A stretch of 63,337 nucleotides of DNA, counting the filler, from Candidatus Woesearchaeota archaeon (GTDB lineage Archaea; Nanobdellota; Nanobdellia; Woesearchaeales; GCA-2685855): assembly GCA_002685855.1 (NCBI GenBank). It is 6 parts of 6 records of this genome, joined end to end, with 100 filler letters (N's around TTAATTAATTAA, not from the genome) between each part and the next. Parts side by side here need not be neighbours in the genome. Positions count along the whole stretch, not along the records: positions 15,390 to 36,995 come from NYYS01000028.1; 5 more parts are not named here. One strand, given 5' to 3'. Numbering within the stretch: position 1 is the stretch's first letter; every line of letters begins with the position of its first letter. The notes under the pieces are model-generated. The model was not told the DNA's origin. It did not search any database and saw only the letters and a program-made list of their open reading frames with translations. This document shows, piece after piece, positions 20,040 through 30,708 of the stretch. The translations under genes were made by a program, and so were the position numbers.

Positions 20040-20903
20040 ATGGCCGAATTCATGATAACCTATGAAACCCTCTTTGACCTTCTTCGCAAAGAACGAAACA
20101 GTGCTGAACTCCAATCCCTCGACCCCTCCTTCACTCCATCCCTACACTACTATCTAGAACAAAAACAGGCCATCCTCAACCAGCCAAACACAGGTGAACT
20201 CTACCAGATCACAGAACAAGAAAAAACACGAGCACAACTCAAAAACATCCAGAAAATCCTCAAAGACCTCTACGACCAAAGAGAAAAAAAGATCCTTGCC
20301 CTCGCTCTCAACGCAGCCAGAACAAAAACAGAACTCATACATTCTGCCGCCTTCCAAGAATATGAAAAAACACTCTACGACAACCTCATCGCCCTCCTCA
20401 AAGAATCACGACTAACAAATCTCTCTTTCGCCCAACCCCCTTTCCAACCCAACCACACACCTCAAACAGCCTCTCCCCCCACTCCTATCCAAACTCACCC
20501 TCCCCAGCCAGATCAACCCTCTGACTCTAAGCCGGTTCAAACCACCTCTGCTCCTTCATCCGACCCTCCACAAAGCACTAGTACACCCTCTCAAAGCTCT
20601 CAAACAAGCATCCAAACCCTTCCCCCCTCCCAAACCACCTCAGAACCCCGTAAAAGCCCCTCTTCCACCCTATCACAGACAACCCAGCCTTCCATCCCCT
20701 CTCCTAAACAGCCCTCAAACCCGCCACAGAGACCCCAAAAACCCTCTTCAGACCAAACAGAGATAAAATTCCTCTATCCTGTCCCCCGCTTTCTCGGCAC
20801 CAATCTCGAAACATTCGGACCCTTTAAAAAAGAAGATACCGCCACCCTCCCCAGCCAGATCGCCCAAATCCTCATTAAAAAAGGACACGCAACACCCCTC
20901 TGA
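20040..20903 (+). CDS. gins15: GINS15 (Gins51) replication complex subunit with a long P/S/Q/T linker
   Basis: A domain (ITYETLFDLLRKER...LYDQREKKILALA), B domain (VPRFLG.NLETFGPF..ED.ATLP..IA.ILI.KG.A); conserved position before rpl44e. Confidence 0.85.
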   Translation: MAEFMITYETLFDLLRKERNSAELQSLDPSFTPSLHYYLEQKQAILNQPNTGELYQITEQEKTRAQLKNIQKILKDLYDQREKKILALALNAARTKTELIHSAAFQEYEKTLYDNLIALLKESRLTNLSFAQPPFQPNHTPQTASPPTPIQTHPPQPDQPSDSKPVQTTSAPSSDPPQSTSTPSQSSQTSIQTLPPSQTTSEPRKSPSSTLSQTTQPSIPSPKQPSNPPQRPQKPSSDQTEIKFLYPVPRFLGTNLETFGPFKKEDTATLPSQIAQILIKKGHATPL

Positions 20904-20953
20904 ACCCCCCTTACAGAAGAAAGCTTTTTAAAGCAACTCCTATTTCTTGAACC

Positions 20954-21265
20954 ATGAAAAAGCCGAAAATCCTCAAAAGGCACTGTCCTTACTGCAAAAA
21001 ACACACAGAACAAAAGGTTGCCCAAAACAAATCAAAAGGCAGAAACGCAACCCATCCCCTCAGTGTAGGATCCAAAAAAAGAGTCAGAGCACGCGGAGAA
21101 CGAAGAGGAACAGGAAACCTCGGAAGATACTCCAAACCCCCCAAACCAAAACGAACAGGGAAAAAACTCAGCAAAAAAACCGACTTCAGATACAATTGCT
21201 CAGTCTGCAAAAAAACAAAAGCCCAAAGCTCAGGAATCAGAGCAAAAAAGGTTGAACTTATCTAG
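20954..21265 (+). CDS. rpl44e: 50S ribosomal protein L44e (eL42)
   Basis: RHCPYCKKHTEQKV...KKTDFRYNCSVCKK...GIRAKKVEL. Confidence 0.95.
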   Translation: MKKPKILKRHCPYCKKHTEQKVAQNKSKGRNATHPLSVGSKKRVRARGERRGTGNLGRYSKPPKPKRTGKKLSKKTDFRYNCSVCKKTKAQSSGIRAKKVELI

Positions 21266-21274
21266 GTGTAAACA

Positions 21275-21454
21275 ATGATCAAAGAACCCACATCAAAATT
21301 CATCAAAATCAGATGTCCAAAGTGTAAAAATGAACAAATCACCTTTGGAAAATCAGCCTCCTCAGTAAAATGCCTTGTATGTGAACGACCCCTAGCCGAC
21401 CCAACAGGAGGAAAGCTAAAAATCAAAGCAAGGATACTAGGAGTTCTTGACTAA
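21275..21454 (+). CDS. rps27e: 30S ribosomal protein S27e (below the ORF-track size cutoff)
   Basis: Translated by hand: MIKEPTSKFIKIRCPKCKNEQITFGKSASSVKCLVCERPLADPTGGKLKIKARILGVLD. Confidence 0.95.
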   Translation: MIKEPTSKFIKIRCPKCKNEQITFGKSASSVKCLVCERPLADPTGGKLKIKARILGVLD

Positions 21455-21456
21455 AA

Positions 21457-22236
21457 ATGTTCTTTAAAAAAACAGGATACCCTGAAGAGGACGAATTAGT
21501 CCTCTGTACAATAACCAAAATACAATTCCATTCTGTCTTTGCACGCCTTGAAGAGTATGGAAAATCAGGAATGATTCACATCGCAGAAGTAAGCCCGGGA
21601 AGAATCAGAAACATCCGCGACTATGTCAAAGAAGGAAAACAAGTTGTCTGCAAAGTTCTCCGCATCAACACAGAAAAAGGATATATCGATCTCTCACTCA
21701 GACGCGTCACAGAGATGGCAAAAAGATCCAAGATGGATTCCATCAAACAAGAACAAAAAGCAGAAAAAATCATCGAAAGCTATGCAGAGCAAAACAAACT
21801 CGACAAATACAAACTCTACAAACAATTAGCAGATACCCTACTCAAAGAATATGAATACATCCACCTCTGCTTTGAAGATGTAGTAGAACACGACCTCTCT
21901 CTTGAATCAATCGGAATCCCCAAAGACCTTGCCCAGCCACTCACAAAACTCGTAAAAGAAAAGATAAAACCTAAACAAGTAGAAATAAAAGCAGAAATCT
22001 TTATACAAAGCTGGGAAGAAAACGGTCTCAGCCAGATAAAAGAAACACTAGCTAATTCTGTCAAAGGACAAACAGCCGCAGCTATATCCTATCTCGGAGG
22101 AGGAAAATACAAACTCATACTCATCGGAAAAGAGTACAAAGAAGTCGAAAAAAACCTCAAAGAGATCACAAAAAAAATAGAAAAAGCAGCAGAAAAAAAA
22201 GAGGAACTCACAGTCTCAATAGATCGTGTAGACTAA
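21457..22236 (+). CDS. eif2a: Translation initiation factor 2 alpha subunit (aIF2alpha)
   Basis: S1 domain YPEEDELVLCTI...GMIHIAEVSPGRIRNIRDYVKEG...KGYIDLSLRRV; conserved gene order. Confidence 0.95.
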   Translation: MFFKKTGYPEEDELVLCTITKIQFHSVFARLEEYGKSGMIHIAEVSPGRIRNIRDYVKEGKQVVCKVLRINTEKGYIDLSLRRVTEMAKRSKMDSIKQEQKAEKIIESYAEQNKLDKYKLYKQLADTLLKEYEYIHLCFEDVVEHDLSLESIGIPKDLAQPLTKLVKEKIKPKQVEIKAEIFIQSWEENGLSQIKETLANSVKGQTAAAISYLGGGKYKLILIGKEYKEVEKNLKEITKKIEKAAEKKEELTVSIDRVD

Positions 22237-22238
22237 CC

Positions 22239-22403
22239 ATGAATAAACTCCTTAAATGCACCGCCTGCTCTGAATACACGCTCCATTCACCCTGCAGCTG
22301 CGGAAACCCCGCACGATCACCCCGACCTGTAAAATTCAGCATCGAAGACAAATACGGGAATTACCGACGAAAAGCAAAAGGAAACCAACATGTGGAAGAT
22401 TGA
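22239..22403 (+). CDS. nop10: H/ACA RNP protein Nop10 (below the ORF-track size cutoff)
   Basis: Translated by hand: MNKLLKCTACSEYTLHSPCSCGNPARSPRPVKFSIEDKYGNYRRKAK... Confidence 0.9.
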   Translation: MNKLLKCTACSEYTLHSPCSCGNPARSPRPVKFSIEDKYGNYRRKAKGNQHVED

Positions 22404-23163
22404 AAAAACAAAATCAGTAAAACTCAGCAACCCTATACTCATAGAAGGAATGCCTGGAATCGGAAACGTCGGAAAACTCGTTGTAGATTTCCTCATCGAA
22501 GAGCTCAAAGCAGAAAAAATATACGATCTATTTTCCTACGACCTCCCAAACAGCGTCTTTGTCAACGAAAAAAACCTTATCGAACTTCCCAAAATCGAAA
22601 TCTTTGCCTGCAAACAGGGAAAACAAGAGATCCTCTTCCTCACAGGAGACGTCCAGCCACTCTCAGAAGAAAGCAGCTACATCTTCACACAAACCATCAT
22701 AGACCTCATCAGAGAAGAAAACTGCAAACAGATCATCGCTCTAGGAGGAATAGGACTCAGCACCATCCCCCAAAAACCAAAAGTCTACATCACAGGAAAC
22801 AACAACAAATTCATAAGCGAATTCAAAAAACTAAACGTCGAAACCCAGGTCTACGGAGTCGTAGGACCAATCATTGGAGTAAGCGGACTCCTCCTCGGCC
22901 TCTCCAAAAAACAAAAAATCCAGGCAATATCCCTCCTCGCAGAAACATTCGGACACCCCATGTACCTCGGACTCCGTGGAGCACGAGAAATCCTCAAAAT
23001 CATCATAAAAAAATACAATTTCAAAATCAACCTCAAAGAACTCGACAAAGAGATAGCAGAAATAGAATCAGAAACCAAATCAGCAGACGAATTCTTTGCC
23101 AGCCCAAAACACAAAGCCATCCAAAAACAGAAAAAATACAAAGAGATGTCTTATATAGGATAA
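22390..23163 (+). CDS. PAC2-family proteasome assembly chaperone
   Basis: PILIEGMPGIGNVGKL, LTGDVQP, IALGG, GPIIGVSGLLLG, C-terminal YIG; conserved position after nop10. Confidence 0.9.
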   Translation: MWKIEKTKSVKLSNPILIEGMPGIGNVGKLVVDFLIEELKAEKIYDLFSYDLPNSVFVNEKNLIELPKIEIFACKQGKQEILFLTGDVQPLSEESSYIFTQTIIDLIREENCKQIIALGGIGLSTIPQKPKVYITGNNNKFISEFKKLNVETQVYGVVGPIIGVSGLLLGLSKKQKIQAISLLAETFGHPMYLGLRGAREILKIIIKKYNFKINLKELDKEIAEIESETKSADEFFASPKHKAIQKQKKYKEMSYIG

Positions 23164-23225
23164 CAAAGTCTCTATCCTCTAATAGTCACAATACATTTAA
23201 ATACAAATTCTCTTAAAAAACATCC

Positions 23226-23681
23226 ATGGGATGGGGAAAAATACGAGGAAGAAAGAGAGCACAATACGCCATGGAATACCTCCTTGTCATAGGATTTGCT
23301 CTATTAATGATCACCCCGCTCATCATCGTCTTCTACACCCAAAGCAGCAACTACAACGCAGACGTCACCAACAACCAGATAAACAAGGTTGCAGACGAAA
23401 TAATCAAAGCAGCAGACACCGTCTTCTACCTCGGAAAACCCTCCCAGATTACCCTCACACTCTACCTCCCTCAGGATATAGAAAACATCGAAGTTCAAGG
23501 AAACAGAACAATGGTATGGACCTACCTCCAAGGCACAACCCAACAGCAAATCTACAAAACAGCAGTAGGAAACATCACATCACATGTCGTTCCACGTGGA
23601 GGAATCCACCACATCAAAGTTCGGGCAGGAATCAACGAAACACATCAAAATCCCCTTATATGGATAGAAGACATCGAATAA
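23226..23681 (+). CDS. Type IV pilin-like protein (class III signal peptide)
   Basis: RKRA/QYAMEYLLVIG plus hydrophobic helix. Confidence 0.85.
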   Translation: MGWGKIRGRKRAQYAMEYLLVIGFALLMITPLIIVFYTQSSNYNADVTNNQINKVADEIIKAADTVFYLGKPSQITLTLYLPQDIENIEVQGNRTMVWTYLQGTTQQQIYKTAVGNITSHVVPRGGIHHIKVRAGINETHQNPLIWIEDIE

Positions 23682-23684
23682 AAA

Positions 23685-24077
23685 ATGAAAGCCCAAGTCG
23701 CTATCGAATTCATGTGGTTTATCGGAATCGGACTCATAGTCCTCATCACCTTCCTCCTCCTCCTCTCAGACCACTACCAAGATGAACTTGATGACAACAA
23801 ACTCGAATCATTCAACGATCTGGCCATCGTACTCCAAGACGAACTTCTCCTTGCTGCACAAGTTCATGACGGCTACGAAAGAAGCTTTGAAATCCCAGAA
23901 AAAATAGAAAACATCCCCATAGAGATTATAACATTCAACGAACTAAACACAACCGTCATCAACTTCGAATCTCAAAATATCAGCTTTAGAATCCCACCCA
24001 ACACCCAAGGACAATTCCTGACAGGAACAAAAAACACCATCACAAACAAAGACAACAGCATCACCCTAAACCCATAA
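23685..24077 (+). CDS. Type IV pilin-like protein
   Basis: MKA/QVAIEFMWFIG. Confidence 0.85.
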   Translation: MKAQVAIEFMWFIGIGLIVLITFLLLLSDHYQDELDDNKLESFNDLAIVLQDELLLAAQVHDGYERSFEIPEKIENIPIEIITFNELNTTVINFESQNISFRIPPNTQGQFLTGTKNTITNKDNSITLNP

Positions 24078-24079
24078 CC

Positions 24080-25240
24080 ATGAAAAAACGAAAAGCACAA
24101 TCCACATCCGCAGACTTCCTCTTCGGCTTTCTCCTCTTCACCCTAGCAGTAACACTCGGCATAAAATTCATCGTCAACCTCCAACCCAACCAAACCTATG
24201 AAAGAGTCTACGAACAAACCCAAACAATCTCAGAAAACCTTATCTCAGAAGGCTATCCCTCAGACTGGCCAGGAACACCCCCTCTCCGACTCGGACTCAC
24301 AACAAACGGATCCATCAACGAAAAAAAATGGAACCAGACAGGAAACATGCCCTACCGAGAACAACAAAAAACCCTCACAACAACCCACGACTACCTCGCC
24401 TACCTCACAAAACAAGAAGGAAACATCTTCCCCCTCATCAGAAACATAACAATCGGCTATCCCGGCATTAACACATCCAACAACACCCACGAACTAAAAA
24501 TACTCTTACTCATACCCGCTGGATGCTTTTCAGCACCACACGGTGCTTTAGAAAATGAAATAAAAGCTAACTCCCTCAACATCATGGTCGAATGTAAAAA
24601 CACCAACAACCCTGATGCCCTCGACAACATCCAAGAATACGATTTTGTAATCGGAGAAGAAATGCAACTTCGTACATTTCCCACAGATCAAACAGAACTC
24701 TTTGATACATACATCAGAACAGGAGGCATAGCATTCATCGGAGGAAAAACCCTCCAAGTCCTCGGCCTCCTTCCCCTCGACTATCTCGGTATTACTCTTG
24801 AACCAAGAATCTCCTCAAGTACAATCCACATCCTCCACCAAGACACCTTCCTCAACTTCACATTAGGAGAAACCTACTACTTCGACGACCCCTTTCCCAT
24901 ATCAGAAAAACCCTCAAACCCCAATGTCTCAAACTATGTTGAAATCGCAAACTACACAACAACAGAAGAGGTTTCAGCAATCGCCCGATGGGACTACTTT
25001 AATGGAACAGTCTACTTTTTCGGAGACATGGATGCGCCTTTTACTTATCCTGAATACATCGGCCCCTCCATTGAAGAAGCCATGAGCCAATACCTCTCTG
25101 AAAACGTCGTCGACTACCAAATAGATTCCCAACAACTCAATGCAGACGCACTCGTAAGCATGAATCGAATCATAACACGAAAAACACCCTACGAAAAAGA
25201 GATCATCCGCCTTGTCGTATGGACATGGAAAGAACGATGA
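24080..25240 (+). CDS. Pilin-like protein with a large extracellular domain
   Basis: KRKA/QSTSADFLFG; SEGYPSDW motif. Confidence 0.8.
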   Translation: MKKRKAQSTSADFLFGFLLFTLAVTLGIKFIVNLQPNQTYERVYEQTQTISENLISEGYPSDWPGTPPLRLGLTTNGSINEKKWNQTGNMPYREQQKTLTTTHDYLAYLTKQEGNIFPLIRNITIGYPGINTSNNTHELKILLLIPAGCFSAPHGALENEIKANSLNIMVECKNTNNPDALDNIQEYDFVIGEEMQLRTFPTDQTELFDTYIRTGGIAFIGGKTLQVLGLLPLDYLGITLEPRISSSTIHILHQDTFLNFTLGETYYFDDPFPISEKPSNPNVSNYVEIANYTTTEEVSAIARWDYFNGTVYFFGDMDAPFTYPEYIGPSIEEAMSQYLSENVVDYQIDSQQLNADALVSMNRIITRKTPYEKEIIRLVVWTWKER

Positions 25241-28200
25241 AAAAAAAGAATAAACAAAAAGGCATACTCTTCACAACAGACGCACTACTCGCAGGAGTAC
25301 TTCTCATAGGAGGACTAGCACTCCTCAACCTCCTCCTAATACACTCCCCACCAACAAGAAACATCACCATAATCACAGAAGACATCCTAAACACCCTCTC
25401 TTCAATAAAGATGGGAGATATCAACGACCCAGCCATCCAATACCAATTCGAACTCGGTAACCTCACAGACGAAAACAAATCAGCTCTTGTACAAATAGGT
25501 GAATACTGGGCACTCAACAACCCACAAAACGCAACCTATCTCGCTGAACTTCTCACAAAAGAAGTAGTACCGCCCGGATACGGACTAAACTTCTCTGTTC
25601 AGGAAACAAACGTCTCAACCCCAAAAACAGAAATAATCTATTCCCGCCCCCCAGAAAACGAAAAAACAATAGACACCCTCCTCTTTAACAGACGAATGGT
25701 CACAGGAATAAAAGAATCAGAATACCTCACAGGAAACAGTGCAACAGCACTCCTCAGCAGAATCACAAACAGAACAGAACGTTTCTACAAATACTTCGGA
25801 GGATTCATAGGACAAGGAAATATCACAATTAGAATCACAGACATACCAAAAAAAGCCACAATCATCGGAGGCATCCTTGAAGTAGATGCACTCAGCGACT
25901 TCAACATGACAATCAACGATATCGACTGCAATAAAACATTCAACGTCACCAATATAACCTATCACTCAGACCTCTTCAACATCTCCAACTGCACATTCCT
26001 ACTAAACACATCAATAGAAAACAACCTCAGCATACACTTTCTTGAAGGAATAAACAACTCATTCGTCGGAGGAGGCTATCTACGATTTGACTACTTCATA
26101 GACACCCTCGCAAAAAACCTCTCTACAGGAAGAGACAAAATCTGGTTTGACGGAATAAGAGGATTCATAAACCTTTATGATGGTCTCTACGTTCCCGGCG
26201 ATATCCAAAGCATGGGCATCTACCTTCACTACCGTGCAGACCTCATCGAAATCAATAACACTCTCTTCCTCAGCATCGGAGGAGGAAACCTCACCCTTGA
26301 CCAGTTCAAAGCAATAGACTACACAATGTATGAATATGAACAAGAAGAAGACCCTGAATTTAAAGGAATCCTCTGGGTCGATAACATAACAACAGATGAA
26401 ACAAGCTTCTACCTTAACGACTCCTTTATCCAGAAACATCTCAACTATACAGACATCAGCAACAAAACATCCCCTCTACGATTCGGATTTGTAAATCTCG
26501 ACTTCGAACTCTACACCTCAAACGTAGACGCTGTACTCATTACAGATAGAACACGAAGCATGCAACAATGCGACGTACCTGCAAATTGTAGCCACCCCAC
26601 TCTCTCAATCTGCAAAGAAGACCCACCCGGAACCTGCTATGCACAACGAGACAATGTAGCCCAACTCGCAGACAACGCATTCGTAGACGTTTTCCTCAAC
26701 TTCTCAAAAAATGAACTCTCACTTGTAGGAACAGGAAAACGCGCAGAACCCGTCTGTGACTGGGTAGATTTCACATCCAACAACCTCACCCTAAAAGAAC
26801 GAATCCATTCCTACGCAATCAACACCGGCGGATGGTGTGGCTACACCTGCATCAGTTGTGGTGTACGCGCATCCAAAGATCTCCTTGTTGAAAAAAAAGA
26901 CCTCTACAAAACAAACAGAAAAAAATTCACAGACTCAGATAACGTAGAATTCAAAGGAGGAACAATCAAAACAGACAAAGAGATCAACCTTGACATCAAC
27001 ACAAGCAGAGTTGTCAAAGCACGACTAACACTCCTCACAAATGTAACCCCTGAAAACCCAATATACTTCCAGGTCGAAAATGAAACAGGCGTAAACGTAT
27101 CCGAAGGCTACCACGACTGCGTCTACCTCAACGGAAAAGAGCTCGGCTACCTCTGCGATTCAAACGAAGTTGGCTTTGCCTCAGCACATATGTGCGAATA
27201 CCCAATCAACCCAGCCTGGATAGAAAACACCACCAACAATATTACAATAACAGCAGGCACACAGGACGGCTGCATCGATCTCATAAATTCCGACCACGAC
27301 TGGTGGATCCTCGACGAAACAGAATTCACAATATGGGAAGAACCCAAAGAACCCGCGAACACAACCTATGAAATTGATACACGAGAACTCCAAATAAAAA
27401 ACCAACGTCTCTACCCCATAATTTCAGACCACGACCTTCTTCCCCCCGCAGACTTCGACACACCTTTTGTAATACCTGCAAACACCTTCGGCCACCTCCA
27501 GACAAACGACAGCTGGGACTGGAACAAAGACGAATACGGCCTAAGCTCAAGCACCTGCATCCGCTTCAACACAGACCCCAACAACGACAACAACCCGGCA
27601 GATTCAAGAGTGGGTCTCCTCGGTCCTCTTGACTATAACAACAAAAACCTCAACATAGTAACAGGAGAATGGAAAAACCTTCTCAACGGACTCTTTGCAC
27701 AAGACTGCACAGACTCAACAGGAAACGTAACCGGAGCCTTTGGAGTAGAATTCAACATCGACGATGAAATGTACAACATCATTAAATCAAACGGCACAGC
27801 AACCATAAACCTCAACATAACCATGGGTGATGACGGAACCAACCCAAAAGGACCCTTCTGGGTCAAAGGGTCGATCACAAACACAACAGGAGACGAACAT
27901 TTCCTCGGAAAAAACATGAGTAAACTCTACGAAGAAGACAACACACTCGACATCATCTATCTCCGAGAAGACTGGTTTGAAGACGGAATCCTCTCCATAG
28001 CTCAGGAAACCTACTGGCAAGAGATCTCCCACATTATCACCGGACCCGGAACCTACTACCTAAAACTCGGAGTTATCCTCAAATCCTGGGGAACAGAAAA
28101 ATATCTCATCACCCAATTTGACGACATAGAGATCACCCTCGCCAACAACTCCCACACCTTCACCCTCAACCCCCTATACAACCCTGAACGAGCAAAAAGC

Positions 28201-29673
28201 TCCATGCTCACACTAGACATAACAGACGACCTCGACCCCTCCTACTACAACTGTATCTTTGTAAACGACATCTACATCGGCAGAATCGACTACCAACACT
28301 TCTTCAAAGACAGTGCAACAAGCTGGAGAGAAACCGCATTCGAAGTCCCTCTCTACAGCCTCAACACAGATAACAACATCGTCCGAGTTGTATCTGGAAG
28401 CCAGATAAACCAGGCACCCCGTTACGCCTACCTCGACTCCTCACAATCAGGCTGCCTCAGAGTAAACAGCAACAAAGACATCAACCCCTACACAATACGT
28501 AATGCTAATCTTTCAATCATCCATGGAACAAAAACAGAAGAATACCCAAAAGACCAAACAATGGTAGTAATGAGTGATGGAGAAGCAAACGTAAAAATAG
28601 GAGATGGAAGAAACAATCGCCCTGTAGTACAATCCTGGCTCGAAACAATCGACGAATCCTGCAATGCAAAACAACAATTCGATATCGGCATCTATGCAGT
28701 AAGCTTTGGGGAACCAACAGAAGGAGGACTCAGAACACTTAACCGATCTGCATGCTGCGACAGCTGTGATAACTTCTTCTTCAGCGACAACACCGACGAG
28801 CTCCTCGAAATCTACAACGAAATAGCAAACAGCATCATCAACTCCTCGATCCAATCCCAACTCGTACGCTTCCTTGGATCAGCATTTACCTCATCAGACC
28901 TCTTCTCAGACAGCTACATCGAAATCAACTACACACCCAGTATCAGAAACCCTGAATTTGGCGAAGTAAGCGTGGACCTCTCCATCGAAAACATCACCAC
29001 CTGCAACGAACACATAAACATTCCCTCCCAGATCAGAATCGGAGAACTCTTTGGCCTCACCTATTCAGGAGATCTCTGGAACAGCCTCCTCCATGTAAAC
29101 AACTCAATAGACCATACAACAATCTACAACCTCACAACCTTTGCAGAAAACTTTACCTTCCAGGGAGACCCCTTTGCAGTCGGAACCCAAGGAAATATCT
29201 TCAACCCAGACCTTATAGGAAACGAATTCACCTACCAAACAATCATCTCAGACAAACCCCAATACGAAGTAGACAAATGCAGCAAGAACAACAGCATCGT
29301 ATACTCAGGATATGTACAACTCGGAGCAGAATTCTCAGATATACTCCCTAAAGCAGAAGGATGCAACTGGACAGTCGAATACGACCAAGAACACTGCCTT
29401 AACTTCTGCAGCTACCCCTTTTACAACATCACCGTACCCTCAGACTACTATGGAAGCAAACACTGCAGATACACCTTTGTAAACGTCTCTTACGACCTGG
29501 AAGACGCCTACGACCACGCCACCTACAAACTCCTCAGAAAGATCGACTTTGACACAGACAACAGAACCTACTTCCACCTTGGAGATTCAGATTTAGAAAT
29601 TATCTCAACACTCGTAGACCAAATCCCCTATCTTTGGGGACCCCTTCTCCTACAGGTAAGCGTATGGCAATAA
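25237..29673 (+). CDS. Giant pilin-like adhesin (about 1478 aa) with a vWA domain
   Basis: KQKG/ILFTTDALLA class III-type signal; vWA motifs VLITDRTRSM, YTCISCG, VVMSDG; C-terminal PYLWGP; ATG 25237 overlaps the upstream stop. Confidence 0.8.
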   Translation: MKKKNKQKGILFTTDALLAGVLLIGGLALLNLLLIHSPPTRNITIITEDILNTLSSIKMGDINDPAIQYQFELGNLTDENKSALVQIGEYWALNNPQNATYLAELLTKEVVPPGYGLNFSVQETNVSTPKTEIIYSRPPENEKTIDTLLFNRRMVTGIKESEYLTGNSATALLSRITNRTERFYKYFGGFIGQGNITIRITDIPKKATIIGGILEVDALSDFNMTINDIDCNKTFNVTNITYHSDLFNISNCTFLLNTSIENNLSIHFLEGINNSFVGGGYLRFDYFIDTLAKNLSTGRDKIWFDGIRGFINLYDGLYVPGDIQSMGIYLHYRADLIEINNTLFLSIGGGNLTLDQFKAIDYTMYEYEQEEDPEFKGILWVDNITTDETSFYLNDSFIQKHLNYTDISNKTSPLRFGFVNLDFELYTSNVDAVLITDRTRSMQQCDVPANCSHPTLSICKEDPPGTCYAQRDNVAQLADNAFVDVFLNFSKNELSLVGTGKRAEPVCDWVDFTSNNLTLKERIHSYAINTGGWCGYTCISCGVRASKDLLVEKKDLYKTNRKKFTDSDNVEFKGGTIKTDKEINLDINTSRVVKARLTLLTNVTPENPIYFQVENETGVNVSEGYHDCVYLNGKELGYLCDSNEVGFASAHMCEYPINPAWIENTTNNITITAGTQDGCIDLINSDHDWWILDETEFTIWEEPKEPANTTYEIDTRELQIKNQRLYPIISDHDLLPPADFDTPFVIPANTFGHLQTNDSWDWNKDEYGLSSSTCIRFNTDPNNDNNPADSRVGLLGPLDYNNKNLNIVTGEWKNLLNGLFAQDCTDSTGNVTGAFGVEFNIDDEMYNIIKSNGTATINLNITMGDDGTNPKGPFWVKGSITNTTGDEHFLGKNMSKLYEEDNTLDIIYLREDWFEDGILSIAQETYWQEISHIITGPGTYYLKLGVILKSWGTEKYLITQFDDIEITLANNSHTFTLNPLYNPERAKSSMLTLDITDDLDPSYYNCIFVNDIYIGRIDYQHFFKDSATSWRETAFEVPLYSLNTDNNIVRVVSGSQINQAPRYAYLDSSQSGCLRVNSNKDINPYTIRNANLSIIHGTKTEEYPKDQTMVVMSDGEANVKIGDGRNNRPVVQSWLETIDESCNAKQQFDIGIYAVSFGEPTEGGLRTLNRSACCDSCDNFFFSDNTDELLEIYNEIANSIINSSIQSQLVRFLGSAFTSSDLFSDSYIEINYTPSIRNPEFGEVSVDLSIENITTCNEHINIPSQIRIGELFGLTYSGDLWNSLLHVNNSIDHTTIYNLTTFAENFTFQGDPFAVGTQGNIFNPDLIGNEFTYQTIISDKPQYEVDKCSKNNSIVYSGYVQLGAEFSDILPKAEGCNWTVEYDQEHCLNFCSYPFYNITVPSDYYGSKHCRYTFVNVSYDLEDAYDHATYKLLRKIDFDTDNRTYFHLGDSDLEIISTLVDQIPYLWGPLLLQVSVWQ

Positions 29674-30653
29674 AAAAGCGAAAAAAACAGAGAAAAGCAC
29701 AGATCTACTTCCTCAGCTCACTCATGTTTCTAACCTTTCTAACCATTGTTCTCCTCTTCACAACCCGAATAACTGAACGAGACAAACACGAACTCATAAA
29801 AACACGCGTACTCGCATTAGACAACTTCCTAACAGACTTTGAACGAGACGCAGAACGCGCAATAAACATAGCAGGATTCAGAGCACTCATCGCAATGGAA
29901 CAATTCGTATCCACAAACGGAAGCTACTACGAAGATGCAGAAGTCATATTCATAGACGTATTCTATACTGGCACAATCAACAACACCCTCCAACCCGTCA
30001 TGAACCAATCAAGCTTCCTCAACTACCTCCAACGTGTAAACCAACTAGCGAACAATCTAAATATCGACATAAATGCAGTAGTAGAAGAAGTCAAGATACG
30101 ACACACAACACCTTGGGATATCAACGTAGAAGTATTCCTTGATGTTAACATCACTGACAGCTCAGGAATAGCAAACTTTTCATTCAAAAAAAGCTATAAC
30201 TCCACATTCTCTATCATCAGCCTCAAAGACCCCATGTACACAGTCAATACCTCAGGAAAAGTGATCAATACCATCGAACGAACTGAATTCACCATCCTGG
30301 TAAAAGAAAACAATACCAAGAACTTATCCGAACACCACACAGAATCCTGGTACCTGAATACCTCACGCGCCCCATCCTACATCGACCGCTTTGAACCTGG
30401 TTTCCAACCCTCACCAAACGGAATCGAAAGCCTCGTCTACCTCCCAACACTCTCAGCACAATCATTAGACGTCAACCTCACCACAAGCATCGTTGACTGG
30501 CAATACTTCGGAAAACGATGGAACGAAAATATGACTGTCTGCAATGTCAAAGGAATGCCCGAACACTTCCGCATCGACAACACCACAGAAGCCATAGACC
30601 TCTACCAACTCACCAACCTCGAAGCCAACTACACCCTCTGTGAAATAAATTAA
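29664..30653 (+). CDS. Pilin-like protein
   Basis: QRKA/QIYFLSSLMF; APSYIDRF and GIESLV motifs; many N-glycosylation sequons. Confidence 0.75.
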   Translation: MAIKKRKKQRKAQIYFLSSLMFLTFLTIVLLFTTRITERDKHELIKTRVLALDNFLTDFERDAERAINIAGFRALIAMEQFVSTNGSYYEDAEVIFIDVFYTGTINNTLQPVMNQSSFLNYLQRVNQLANNLNIDINAVVEEVKIRHTTPWDINVEVFLDVNITDSSGIANFSFKKSYNSTFSIISLKDPMYTVNTSGKVINTIERTEFTILVKENNTKNLSEHHTESWYLNTSRAPSYIDRFEPGFQPSPNGIESLVYLPTLSAQSLDVNLTTSIVDWQYFGKRWNENMTVCNVKGMPEHFRIDNTTEAIDLYQLTNLEANYTLCEIN

Positions 30654-30708
30654 ACCCCACAATACCAAACACCACAAACCCCTCTCCCGAAAAATAAACT
30701 ATCCCACC

